Shown in pieces: positions 1-8,932 of a stretch of DNA of 64,000 nucleotides. The stretch is from Anaeromyxobacteraceae bacterium (lineage in GTDB: Bacteria; Myxococcota; Myxococcia; Myxococcales; Anaeromyxobacteraceae): positions 3,360,001-3,424,000 of the forward strand of contig JASGHJ010000002.1 of assembly GCA_047602405.1 (NCBI GenBank), given 5' to 3'. The stretch's first letter is position 1, and each line of letters opens with the position of its first letter. Under the pieces are notes generated by a model. The model was not told the DNA's origin, did not search any database, and worked only from the letters and a program-made list of their open reading frames with translations. A program made the position numbers and the translations under genes.

Positions 1-371
1 CACGAGCATCGCGCTCCTCGACGCGGAAGCCGTGCAGGGCGAGGAGCAGCTGCGCGCGACCGAGCAGGACCGGCGGCGCCGCCTCGAGGAGGCCGCGGCC
101 GACGTGCGCCGGGCGGGGCTGCCGGTCGCGATCGAGCTCCGGCGCGGGGCCGACGTCGTCGAGACCGCCGCGCGCACCGTGGGGGATCTCCTCCGCGGCC
201 GGTCCGCGGAGAGCCTCGTGCTCGGCTTCCGCTCGGCGCCGGAGGGCTCGGCGGTGGACCCGCTCCTGCGCGACGACCTGGCGGTGCGGCTGCAGGCGCG
301 GCTGCTCGCGGACGGGATCTCGATGGCGGTGGTCTCCGTGCCGCTCGAGAATCGCGCCGGCGGGCGCCTGA
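1..371 (+). CDS. 3' part of an unknown protein, possibly with a USP-like C-terminal domain; 5'-truncated by the window, stop uncertain
   Basis: Frame 2 reads as plausible protein (TSIALLDAEAVQGEEQ...VAIELRRGADVVET...SLVLGF...MAVVSVPLE). The in-frame stop is missing, but a TGA at 369-371 lies just before a strong hairpin, suggesting an indel. Confidence 0.5.
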   Translation, partial: RASRSSTRKPCRARSSCARPSRTGGAASRRPRPTCAGRGCRSRSSSGAGPTSSRPPRAPWGISSAAGPRRASCSASARRRRARRWTRSCATTWRCGCRRGCSRTGSRWRWSPCRSRIAPAGA

Positions 372-377
372 ACGAGA

Positions 378-412
378 CCGCCCGCCCTGGCGCGGCTGGC
401 CAGGGCGGGCGG
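378..412. terminator. GC-rich hairpin between convergent genes
   Basis: CCGCCCGCCCTGGC (378-391) pairs with GCCAGGGCGGGCGG (399-412), just past the amtB stop. Confidence 0.6.
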
Positions 413-436
413 GGAACCGGCGGGGGATGGAGGGGA

Positions 437-1879
437 CTACAGGGACGGGAGGGTGGCCGGGGCCTTCGCGCCGAGCGGGGGCGCGCCGCCCGGCGCACCG
501 ACCGGGAGCGGGCCCGCGTCGGTGGAGTAGCCGATGACGCCCATCTCCGGGATGTCGAGGCCGGCCACCTCGTCCTCGAGCGGGACGCGGTGCGCGGTGA
601 CCTTGCCGATGAGCCACCACGCGAGCGCGGCCACGGGGGCGACGTACGCCACGTTCGCGAGCACGCCGATGACGTCCGCCGCGAACTGGCCGGCGTCGCC
701 GTAGAGCAGGCCCGTCACCTTGCCGGCGACGCCGTTCAGGCCCTCGCCGTAGGTGCCGTTCGCGAAGATGCCCGTCGCGAGCGCGCCGAACAGGCCGTTG
801 ACGCCGTGGACGGCGGAGGCGCCGACCGGATCGTCGATCTTGAGCTTCGAGTCGATGAAGACCGCCGCGACGACCACGAGCACGCCGGCGATGGCGCCGA
901 TGAGGGCGGCCGCCCACGAGGAGACGAAGGCGCACGGGGCGGTGATGGCGACCAGGCCGGCGAGCATGCCGTTCGCGAGCCAGGACGGGTCCGGCTTCCC
1001 GAACTTCGCGACCACGAAGAGGTACGCCGCGAACGCGCCGGTCGCGCCGGCGATCATCGTGTTGGTCGCGACGACGGCGAGGCGGGTGTCCATGCCGGAG
1101 AGCGTCGAGCCGGCGTTGAAGCCGAACCAGCCGAACGCGAGGATGAACGTGCCGAGCATGACCTGCGGGATGGAGTGCGGCGCGATCGGGTGGATGGAGC
1201 CGTCCGGGCGGTACTTGCCGGCGCGGGGCCCGATGAGCTTCGCGATGACGAGCGCCATCACGCCGCCGGTGAGGTGCACGACCGAGGAGCCGGCGAAGTC
1301 GACGTGGCCATGGCCGAGGCCGAAGTTGGCGCCCAGCTGCGAGAGCCAGCCGCCGCCCCAGACCCAGTTCGCGTAGACCGGGTAGATGATGGTCGAGATC
1401 ACGAACGAGAAGAGGACGAAGGAGGTGAACTTCCAGCGCTCGGCCGCCGCGCCGGTCGGGATGGTGCAGGTCGTGTCCATGAAGCACATCTGGAAGAGGA
1501 ACGTCGTCGCGACGCCCGCCGTGAACATGTCGGTCGGGAGCATGAAGCCCGACATGCCGAAGAGCCCGAAGGGCTTCCCGGCGATCTCGATCACGAACTC
1601 CTTCGCGAGCAGCGGCTGCTCGCCGAACACCGCGCCGACGCCGCCCATCTGCAGGCCGAAGCCGATGAAGTAGAAGCCGATGATGCCGATCGAGTAGACG
1701 AGGAAGTTCATCGTCATGGTGTGCGCGGCATTCTTCGCGCGCGTGAGGCCGGTCTCGACGAGGGCGAAGCCGGCCTGCATGAACATGACGAGGAAGCCGG
1801 CCACCATCGTCCAGACGATGTTGAGGGCCGTCTGCGTGTCGGCGAGGTTCTTCGCCAGATCCGCGACCGTGGGTTCCAT
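437..1879 (-). CDS. amtB: Ammonium transporter (Amt family)
   Basis: Motifs FMQAGFALVETG, DFAGSSVVHLTGG, FGWFGFNAGS, NGMLAGLVAITA, DDPVGASAVHGVNG. Confidence 0.97.
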   Translation of the reverse strand: MEPTVADLAKNLADTQTALNIVWTMVAGFLVMFMQAGFALVETGLTRAKNAAHTMTMNFLVYSIGIIGFYFIGFGLQMGGVGAVFGEQPLLAKEFVIEIAGKPFGLFGMSGFMLPTDMFTAGVATTFLFQMCFMDTTCTIPTGAAAERWKFTSFVLFSFVISTIIYPVYANWVWGGGWLSQLGANFGLGHGHVDFAGSSVVHLTGGVMALVIAKLIGPRAGKYRPDGSIHPIAPHSIPQVMLGTFILAFGWFGFNAGSTLSGMDTRLAVVATNTMIAGATGAFAAYLFVVAKFGKPDPSWLANGMLAGLVAITAPCAFVSSWAAALIGAIAGVLVVVAAVFIDSKLKIDDPVGASAVHGVNGLFGALATGIFANGTYGEGLNGVAGKVTGLLYGDAGQFAADVIGVLANVAYVAPVAALAWWLIGKVTAHRVPLEDEVAGLDIPEMGVIGYSTDAGPLPVGAPGGAPPLGAKAPATLPSL

Positions 1880-1949
1880 GGGGTAAGACTCCGTCGCTCC
1901 CGGGCCAGTCCGGGTCGGTGGTGAGGGTGGCGTTGCGGGACGGTGTCAG

Positions 1950-1965
1950 TGCAGCGGGCGTGCCG
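1950..1965 (-). promoter_or_regulatory. sigma54 (-24/-12) promoter of amtB
   Basis: Minus strand CGGCACG-CCCG-CTGCA has correct GG-N10-GC spacing, about 70 nt upstream of the amtB ATG. Confidence 0.7.
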
Positions 1966-1995
1966 CGGGTGCGGATCGGCCCCGGACGCCCGGTC

Positions 1996-2121
1996 TGCGC
2001 GAACGCCGGGCAGGACGGCGTCGCCCGCTGCCCGCGAGCCGGGCAACCTCCGCCGGATCGTGACGGCGCGCGCGCGCGGGGAAGCCCGCGGGACGGGATC
2101 GGCCTGCCCGGAGGACGCGCA
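1996..2121. promoter_or_regulatory. Three NtrC-like 17-bp TGC-N11-GCA sites
   Basis: TGCGCGAACGCCGGGCA (1996-2012), TGCCCGCGAGCCGGGCA (2029-2045), TGCCCGGAGGACGCGCA (2105-2121), upstream of the sigma54 promoter. Confidence 0.5.
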
Positions 2122-2163
2122 GCGGCGGCGCCGGAGCGGCCGGCTGCCGGGCCAGGCGCGGCG

Positions 2164-3552
2164 TCAGCCCAGGTGCCGGACGAGCTCCCTGCGCACGATC
2201 TGGCGCGAGGCATCGTCCGGGGCGACCGGCAGGGCCCGCTCGAGCATCTCGGCGGCCTTGCGGCGGAAGCCGCGCTCCTCGTAGAGCGCCGCGAGCGCGC
2301 GCAGGGCCGCGAAGTGCGGGCGGAGCTCGGTCGCGCGCTCGAGCGCGGTCATGGCCCGGAAGTGCTCGCCCTTCGCGCGCCACGCGCGGCCCAGCTGGTA
2401 GTGGGCGTCCGCCGACCAGGCGTTCGCCTTCGTGGCCTGCTCGAGCGCCTCGACGGCCTCGGGGATCTGCCCGGCGGCGAGGAGCTCCCGGCCCTTCGAG
2501 AGCGCGGCGTCGCCCTCCGCGCTCGACGAGCGGCGTGCCTCGGTGGCGTCGATGGCGGACTCGGTGCGGCGGAGCAGGTCCTCGAGCCGGAACGGCTTCT
2601 CGAGGTAGTCCTCGGCGCCGTAGCTCTCGCGGACGTCCTGCGCGAAGCGCCAGCCGCGGTAGATGGCGGTCATCATGATGACCGGCACCTGGCGGGTGCG
2701 CGGGCTCGCCTTGAGCCGGCGGCAGGCCTCGAAGCCGTGCAGGCGCGGGAGCATCGCGTCGAGCAGCACGAGGTCGGGGACCACCGCCTCGGCCTTCTCG
2801 ACGGCCTCCTGGCCGTCGGCCGCGGTCTCGACCGCGTAGCCCTTCGCCTGGAGCGTGCGGGAGACGAGGAGGCGGATCTCCGGCTCGTCGTCGACCACGA
2901 GCACGAGGCGCTTGCCGTCGGGCCGGGCCGGCAGGGACGGGTCGGGTGGGACCTCGATCTCGACCTCGGCCATCGGCTGCAGCGCGTCGGCGGCGACGGG
3001 CAGGTCGGCGTCGAGGTCGAGGTCGAGGAGGTCGACGTCGCTCGTGACCTCCGGGGTGGCGGTGAGCGCGAGCCCGGCGCCCTCCCCCGCGGCCGCGCCG
3101 CGCCAGGTGAGCCCGCCGGCCTCCCGCGCGTCGTAGGCCTCCCGGATGGCGCGGACGAGCGCGGAGTGCACCGCGACGTAGCTCGACACCTCGCGGCCGG
3201 TGACGAAGCGGACCTCGCCGAGCGTCTGCTCGTCGAAGGGCTCGCTCATCGCGAGGTGCAGCCGGCCGCCCTCGAGCGACACCGGCAGCATGGTGTCGCC
3301 CTCGGCGACCGCGCGCGGGACGTACTCGAGCAGCGTGAGATCGAGGGCCGAGCGGGAGAGGTCGATGCCGGGGACGCCGTGCCGCGCGGACAGCGCCTCG
3401 GCGAGCCGCGCCTCGGGGACGCCGTCCTCGAGCAGCGCCGAGCAGAGCGGCACGCCGGCCGCTCTCGCGGCCCCGAGCGCGCGCTCCACGTGGTCGCGGG
3501 TCGCGATGCCCCGCTCCACGATCACATCGCCGATGCGGACGGTCGTCGCCAA
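2164..3552 (-). CDS. Response regulator with MshEN/GSPII_N-like N-terminus, REC domain and C-terminal TPR
   Basis: RIGDVIVERGI N-terminus; LVLVVDDE...PDLVLLDAMLP...EDYLEKPF receiver; TPR-like helices; TTG start with GGAGGG RBS. Confidence 0.85.
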   Translation of the reverse strand: MATTVRIGDVIVERGIATRDHVERALGAARAAGVPLCSALLEDGVPEARLAEALSARHGVPGIDLSRSALDLTLLEYVPRAVAEGDTMLPVSLEGGRLHLAMSEPFDEQTLGEVRFVTGREVSSYVAVHSALVRAIREAYDAREAGGLTWRGAAAGEGAGLALTATPEVTSDVDLLDLDLDADLPVAADALQPMAEVEIEVPPDPSLPARPDGKRLVLVVDDEPEIRLLVSRTLQAKGYAVETAADGQEAVEKAEAVVPDLVLLDAMLPRLHGFEACRRLKASPRTRQVPVIMMTAIYRGWRFAQDVRESYGAEDYLEKPFRLEDLLRRTESAIDATEARRSSSAEGDAALSKGRELLAAGQIPEAVEALEQATKANAWSADAHYQLGRAWRAKGEHFRAMTALERATELRPHFAALRALAALYEERGFRRKAAEMLERALPVAPDDASRQIVRRELVRHLG

Positions 3553-3651
3553 GCTTCCCTCCGGACGGACAGTCTACGCCCGCCCGGCGCCGGCCTTCCG
3601 TCCCAGGTTCGCGGCCGTGGGCGTTCCTCCCCCACGCCGGGCGTCCCTCGA

Positions 3652-4311
3652 TCACCCGACGGTGTCGGCGTAGGTCATCACGAGGTACAGCACGCTCTCG
3701 CCGCCCGCGCGGTTCCGGTACACGTGCGGGCGGTCCGCCTCGAAGACGATCGCATCGCCGGCGGAGAGCAGCTCCTTCTTGCCCTCGACCTCGATCTCCA
3801 CGGCCCCGGAGGCCACGACGAGGTTCTCGGTCGTGCCGGGGTTGTGGGCGTCCGCCTTCTCGACCCCGCCGGACGCGAGGCGCAGCTCGTAGAACTCGAC
3901 CCGGCGCGGCTCGTCGAACGGGAAGAGCGCCCGGGAGCTGAAGGAGCCGTCGGCGCTGCGGAGCAGCTTCGCCTGATCGGCGCGCAGCACGTGGGGGCCG
4001 GCGGACCCGCGGGCGCTGATGAGGGCCGAGAACGGCACGCCCAGGGCGGACGAGATCTTCCAGAGGACGTTGATGGTCGGGGCGCTCTGGCCGAGCTCGA
4101 TCTGCCCGAGCATGGCGCGCGACACGCCGGAGAGCTGGGAGAGCCGCTCGAGCGAGAGGCCGCGGTGGCTGCGCAGGCGGCGCAGGTTGCCGCCGACGAT
4201 GGGGGTGAGGTCCTGGGCCGGCGGGGGCGCGCCCTCGCGCTCCGGGGTGGGCCCCGCCGCCGGCCGGGTCGCCGCCCGGCGCCGCTTCGTCGTCTCCCGC
4301 GCGTTCTTCAT
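3652..4311 (-). CDS. XRE-family HTH regulator with cupin domain
   Basis: GNLRRLRSHRGLSLERLSQLSGVSRAMLGQIELGQSAPTINVLWKI; cupin with AHNPGTTE and FEADRPHVY. Confidence 0.92.
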   Translation of the reverse strand: MKNARETTKRRRAATRPAAGPTPEREGAPPPAQDLTPIVGGNLRRLRSHRGLSLERLSQLSGVSRAMLGQIELGQSAPTINVLWKISSALGVPFSALISARGSAGPHVLRADQAKLLRSADGSFSSRALFPFDEPRRVEFYELRLASGGVEKADAHNPGTTENLVVASGAVEIEVEGKKELLSAGDAIVFEADRPHVYRNRAGGESVLYLVMTYADTVG

Positions 4312-4320
4312 GGGGACGAG

Positions 4321-4349
4321 GTTTTCCGTTACAACGGAGGCCTTGTCAA
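4321..4349 (-). promoter_or_regulatory. Putative promoter and operator of the XRE gene
   Basis: TTGACA on minus strand (4344-4349); palindrome TCCGTT-AC-AACGGA (4325-4338) lies between it and the ATG. Confidence 0.55.
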
Positions 4350-5353
4350 CGCACGAGACCGCCCGCGGCCCCTGGCGGCTGACCCTCGTCACGAACCCGG
4401 ACGACTGTAACCTCGCGTGCGCGATGTGCCCCTGCTCGGCCCCGCGCCCCGCAGCCCGGCCGCGCAGGATGGATCCCGCGCTCGCGCTCGCCCTCCTCGA
4501 CGAGCGGCGGGGCTCCCACCTCGTGGAGGTCATCCCCTCCACGATGGGCGAGCCGCTCCTCTGGGCGGGCCTGCCGGCCCTCCTGGACCGCTGCGCCACC
4601 CTCGGCTTCGCCGTGAACCTCACCACGAACGGTACCTGGCCGGGGCTCGGGGTGGCCGGATGGGCGGCGAAGCTGCTCCCGGTCCTGTCCGACGTGAAGG
4701 TCTCCTGGAACGCCGCGACGCGGGCGACCGCCGCCGTCGTGATGCAGGGCCTCGACCTCGCGCGCGCCGAGGCGGACCTCGCGACCTGGGCCGGCCTGCG
4801 CGACGCCCACGCCGCCGCGGGCCACCGCCGCCCGACGCTGTCGTTGCAGGTCACCGTCCAGCGCGCGAACGTGGACGAGGTCCCCGCGATCGTCGCGCTC
4901 GCGGCGCGCCTCCGGGTGGACCGGGTGAAGCTGAACCACGTGCAGCCGCGCCCGGGGCTCGCCGTGACGACGGAAGGCTCCCTGCTCCGCGACGCGCGCG
5001 GCCTCGCGCGCTGGAACCGCGCCGTGGAGGCCGCCCACCGCGCCGCGGAGGCCTCGGCGAGGAACGGCTGGCCGCTGCGCGTCGAGAACGCGGTCCCGCT
5101 CCGCGAGGACCCGGACGACCGGGTCACGAGGGGCCGGTGCCCGTTCCTGGGCAGGGAGGCCTTCGTCCACTTCGACGGCCGCCTCGCCCCCTGCCCTCAC
5201 CCGGAGGCCGCCGCGCTCGGCGCCCTCGGCTCGGTGGCGGACGCGCCGCTCGGAGACCTCTGGGAGTCGGAGGCGTTCCGCGCGCTGCGCGACGGCTGGC
5301 CCTCCCACCCGCTCTGCCGGGCCTGCGCCTTCCGGGCGCCGGGCGGGGCGTGA
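4343..5353 (+). CDS. Radical SAM protein with SPASM/twitch domain
   Basis: CNLACAMC (CxxxCxxC), GEPLL, LTTNG; C-terminal CPF...DGRLAPC...CRAC; TTG start after GGAGG. Confidence 0.9.
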   Translation: MSTHETARGPWRLTLVTNPDDCNLACAMCPCSAPRPAARPRRMDPALALALLDERRGSHLVEVIPSTMGEPLLWAGLPALLDRCATLGFAVNLTTNGTWPGLGVAGWAAKLLPVLSDVKVSWNAATRATAAVVMQGLDLARAEADLATWAGLRDAHAAAGHRRPTLSLQVTVQRANVDEVPAIVALAARLRVDRVKLNHVQPRPGLAVTTEGSLLRDARGLARWNRAVEAAHRAAEASARNGWPLRVENAVPLREDPDDRVTRGRCPFLGREAFVHFDGRLAPCPHPEAAALGALGSVADAPLGDLWESEAFRALRDGWPSHPLCRACAFRAPGGA

Positions 5354-5368
5354 ACACGCGTGCCCCCG

Positions 5369-5519
5369 CCGTGGGCATCGGTGTCCGTGGGAGCCCTCCC
5401 CGTGGGCATCGGTGTCCGTGGGAGCCCTCACCGTGGGCATTGGTGTCCGTGGGAGCCCTCCCCGTGGGCATCGGTGTCCGTGGGAGCCCTCGCCGTGGGC
5501 ATCGGTGTTCGTGGGAGCC
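5369..5519. repeat. Tandem array of five 31-bp units
   Basis: Unit CCGTGGGCATCGGTGTCCGTGGGAGCCCTCN starting at 5369, 5400, 5431, 5462, 5493 (last partial). Confidence 0.95.
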
Positions 5520-5766
5520 AAACGGGCCTCCGCGACAGCGCTTGCTCGGACGGGTTTGAGACGGAACAGATCGCCGGAACCGTGGCTGTTCCACGGCGGT
5601 GATCGCGCAGCACGCCTGCGGACCATGTGCGCGTGACGGCGTCGTGCGCTCGAGCGCACGGCGCCGTCCCCGCGCGATGGTTCCTTGGCCTGCATTGCGA
5701 GATGTGGAGACGGTACCTCGCCCGTCGCTCGCTGCGCGCTGCTGCGGAGGCCCGTATGGCTCTCGG
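5510..5766 (+). repeat. ~250-bp structured element, copy 1 (MITE-like or ncRNA)
   Basis: Terminal IR AAACGGGCCTCCGC / GCGGAGGCCCGTAT; homologous along its length to the reverse complement of 5932-6190. Confidence 0.8.
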
Positions 5767-5931
5767 GCGTGGAGGACTGACGTCGGCCGTGACTGCTGGG
5801 TGCTGATGAACGACCAACGATGGACGATGGGCGATGGGCGATGGGCGTGTGGCAGTTTGCCCGCCGCATCTTCTTCACCATCAGTTCCGCACTTGCACCC
5901 CAGCATCATCGGCCGGCCTCAGGCCGCTACC

Positions 5932-6190
5932 TCCGAGGGCGAAACGGGCCTCCGCAGCGGCGCGCAGCGAGCGACGGGCGAGGTTCCGTCTCCACATCTG
6001 GGCATTGCAGGCCAAGCGACGAGGGCGTGTGACGGCGCCTGGCGCTGCGCGCAAGGCGTCGTCGCGCGCAACTCGCGTGCAGGCCTGCTGCCACGATCAC
6101 CGCCCTGGAACAGCAACGGTTCCGGCGATCTGTTCCGTCCCAAACCCGTCCGAGCAAGCGCCGTCGCGGAGGCGCGTTTCGCCCCCACGG
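5932..6190 (-). repeat. ~250-bp structured element, copy 2 (inverted)
   Basis: Reverse complement shares GCGCTTGCTCGGACGGGTTTG, GACGGAACAGATCGCCGGAACCGT, AGATGTGGAGACGG and CCTCGCCCGTCGCTCGCTGCGCGC with copy 1. Confidence 0.8.
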
Positions 6191-6206
6191 CACCGACCGC
6201 CGTCGA

Positions 6207-6239
6207 CCGCTCGTCCTTCGACGAGCTCAGGACGAACGG
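6207..6239 (+). repeat. REP-like palindrome (CCTTCGAC...GCTCAGG family)
   Basis: CCGCTCGTCCTTCGACGAGCTCAGGACGAACGG; related copies at 37264, 60020 and 48905. Confidence 0.7.
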
Positions 6240-6267
6240 GCACGGGCGAACGGAGAGGGCCCCCGCC

Positions 6268-6913
6268 TCACGCCCGCTCGACGCGGATCGCGTCCTCGAG
6301 CTCGTTCACGGGCGGCGTCGCCGCGCCGGGCTCGCGGGGGAAATGCACCGCCAGGCGGGCTCCGCAGAGCGCGATGGCCTCGACGAACCCGCCGGCGGGG
6401 TCGCCGGTCCCGAGCCGGGCCGTGAGCGCGCGGACGGCCTCGCTCCAGCCCGCCTCGCCAATCTTCTCGTGGATGCCGCGGTCGCCGAGGACGATCGCCT
6501 CGCGCTCGAAGACCGAGGCGAACACGAGCACGCCGGTGCCCTCGGCCGTCCGGTGCAGGCCGTGCTCGTGGAAGGCGCGCAGCGCCCGGGCGTGCACGGC
6601 CTCGTCCATGGAGCGCCGCCCCGCGAGGACCCGCTCGAATCGGATCCCATGCGCCGAGGAGGACGCCCAGGAACCCCGCGGCGAGCTGGACCGCGACGAG
6701 GCCCACCACGCCACCCTCGGGGTGCAGCACGAGCCACAGCCCGGTCGCGAGCGCCCCGAGGGCGAGGCCGCCGCGGGCCCGCGTCTCCGGGTAGGGGTCG
6801 CTCTTCTCGACCACCACCGGCACGATCTGCCCGCGCGAGAGCGCCTCCGCGCGGCGCACCGCCTCCTGCACCCGCGCCCGATCGGCGTCGCCGAAGGCCC
6901 TGTCGAAGTCCAC
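6268..6913 (-). CDS. TPM domain membrane protein, apparent frameshift near 6640
   Basis: VRRAEALSRGQIVPVVVEKSDPY in one frame continues as ARALRAFHEHGLHRT...GVLVFASVFEREAIVLGDRGI...VNELED in another; typical third gene of lemA-TPM-TPM. Confidence 0.8.
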
Positions 6914-6924
6914 GCGCGCGCCTC

Positions 6925-7696
6925 CTACCAGCGCCCCGAGGCGCCACCGCCCGAGAACCCGCCGCCACCTCCGGACCAGCCGCCGCCGCCGCCCCCGCCG
7001 CCGAAGCCGCCGAACCCGCCGCCGCCGATCCAGGGGCCGCCGCCACCCCACCAGAACCGGCGCCGGCGCCGGCCGAAGCCGAACACGCCGCGCAGCACCG
7101 AGGTGAGGACGATGAACGCGAGGAACGCCGCGAGCGGGAACTGCCCCGGGCGGCGCGCCGGCTGCGACCGCCGCGGCGCGGGGAGGTCCTGGACGGAGGC
7201 GCCGAGCGCGCTCAGGATTCTGGTGGCCCGCGTCGAAGAGGCCGTCGCCGTAGCGCCCCTCGCGGAAGGCCGGCGCGATCGCGTTGCGGATGATGCGGGA
7301 CGACTGCACGTCGGTGAGCGCGCCCTCGATGCCGCCGCCCACCTCGATGCGGACCGCCCGGTCCTGGACGGCGACCACCACGAGCACGCCGTCGTCGCAA
7401 TCCCGCGTCCCGAGCCGCCAGGCCTCCGCGACGCGCATCGAGAACGCCTCGATGGCCTCACCCTCGGTGGTCGGCACGAGCAGGAGCTGGAGCTGCGGAC
7501 CGGCGCCGCCGTTCGAGGCCTTGCCCGCGCGGGCGAGCTCCTCGAGGCGGGCGACGTCGGCGCGCGCCAGCACGCCCGCGCGGTCGACGACCGGGCCGGT
7601 GAGGGCCGGGACCGCGACCTCCGCGCGTGCCGGCCCGGCGGCGAGCGCCGCGAGGGCGAGCGCGCCCGCGGCCGCGAGGGTGCCGAGGCTGCGCAT
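6925..7696 (-). CDS. TPM domain (YgcG-like) protein with Gly-rich tail, apparent frameshift near 7225
   Basis: Signal peptide, VVDRAGVL, DDGVLVVVAVQDRAVRIEVGGGIEGALTD; C-terminus GGGGGFSGGGASGRW in another frame. Confidence 0.85.
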
Positions 7697-7707
7697 CGGG
7701 CGCGCCG

Positions 7708-8298
7708 TCACTTCCCGAAGTTGACCTTCGGGGCCTCGGCCGCGTTCGCGGTCGTGGCCGTGAACTGCGGCTTGGGCTGCTTGTGGTACATGAGCCCGTT
7801 CGTCCAGCTGGTGGGCGGCACGGTCACGAGGTTGTTGAAGCCCTGCACCTGCTCGATGTACCGGCGGCGGGCGGTGGCGATCCGGTTCTCGGTGCCCTCG
7901 AGCTGCGCCTGCAGGTCGCGGAAGTTCTCGTTGGCCTTGAGCTGCGGGTAGTTCTCGGCGACCGCGAGGAGCCGCCCGAGCGCGCCGCCGAGCTCCTGCT
8001 GGGCGGCCTCGAACTTCTTCAGGTTCTCGGGGGAGAGCTGGTCGGCGGTGATGTTCACCTGGGTGGCCCGCGCGCGGGCGGCCACGACCGCCTCGAGCGT
8101 CTCCCGCTCGTGGGCCGCGTAGGCCTTCACCGTCTCGACGAGGTTCGGCACGAGGTCCGCGCGGCGCTGGTACTGGTTCTCCGTCTCCGCCCAGGCGGCG
8201 GCGACGGCGTTCTCGGCCTGCGGGATCGACTGGAGCCCGCAGCCGGCGAGCAGGACGGCCGCGACGGGGACGGCGAGCCACGAACGGGTGCTGGTCAT
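7708..8298 (-). CDS. lemA: LemA family lipoprotein
   Basis: Lipobox LAGC; NQYQRRADLVPNLVETVK, ENYPQLKANENFRDLQAQLEGTENRIATARRRY. Confidence 0.95.
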   Translation of the reverse strand: MTSTRSWLAVPVAAVLLAGCGLQSIPQAENAVAAAWAETENQYQRRADLVPNLVETVKAYAAHERETLEAVVAARARATQVNITADQLSPENLKKFEAAQQELGGALGRLLAVAENYPQLKANENFRDLQAQLEGTENRIATARRRYIEQVQGFNNLVTVPPTSWTNGLMYHKQPKPQFTATTANAAEAPKVNFGK

Positions 8299-8360
8299 GC
8301 GGCCAAGCTAACGCACCCCGGAGAAGGCGCAAGCGGCGATACGGCGCGGCGGGGTTCCCC

Positions 8361-8906
8361 CTACCGCACGTCCACCGAAAGGATGCTCGAACCCGGCGGG
8401 CACCAGATCGGGTTCACCGGCGTGTAGACGAAGAGGACCGGCACCGACGCGGGGCAGAGCGAGCAGACCGTGTCGGGCGGCCCCGGCTCGAAGCGGACCT
8501 CGACGGCGTCGGGGTGCCAGGTCCACTGCGCGTCGCAGTCGGGCTCCGGGGCGAGCTGCAGCACGGGCAGGTTCGGCGTGGACGTGGGGTTCGAGAGCAG
8601 GACCTGCGCCTGCGAGATGAAGGTCGCCGAGGTGGTCCAGAGCTTCACGGTCTGCCCGCACGACTCGAGCACCACGAACGCACCGTGGGTGCGGTTCGCG
8701 CACGAGCCCGTCGTGAAGTCGGTGCAGGCACCGGAGACGCACGCCTTGCCGGAGCCGCAGACCGTGCCGCACGCGCCGCAGTGCTCGGGGTCGGCGGCGA
8801 GGTCGACGCAGGCGCCGTTGCAGACCTCGAGGCTGCCCGGGCACGGCTGGGCGTTCATGCAGCCCGCGAGGGCGGCGAGCGCGGCGGCGGAGAGGAGGCG
8901 GCGCAT
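8361..8906 (-). CDS. Lipoprotein with Cys-rich (Stig1-like) module and BP74-like C-terminal domain
   Basis: MRRLLSAAALAALAGC; CNGACVDLAADPEHCGACGTVCGSGKACVSGAC; WTWHPD...VC..CP...WCP. Confidence 0.7.
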   Translation of the reverse strand: MRRLLSAAALAALAGCMNAQPCPGSLEVCNGACVDLAADPEHCGACGTVCGSGKACVSGACTDFTTGSCANRTHGAFVVLESCGQTVKLWTTSATFISQAQVLLSNPTSTPNLPVLQLAPEPDCDAQWTWHPDAVEVRFEPGPPDTVCSLCPASVPVLFVYTPVNPIWCPPGSSILSVDVR

Positions 8907-8932
8907 CGCGCGAGATCGTAGCACCGGTCCGG

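Noticed and set aside
5369..5519. 31-bp repeats as a CRISPR array
   Set aside because: Units are contiguous with no unique spacers, and there are no cas genes in the window.
5815..5850. CGATGGG heptamer run between the two structured elements
   Set aside because: Short degenerate simple repeat with no independent evidence of function.
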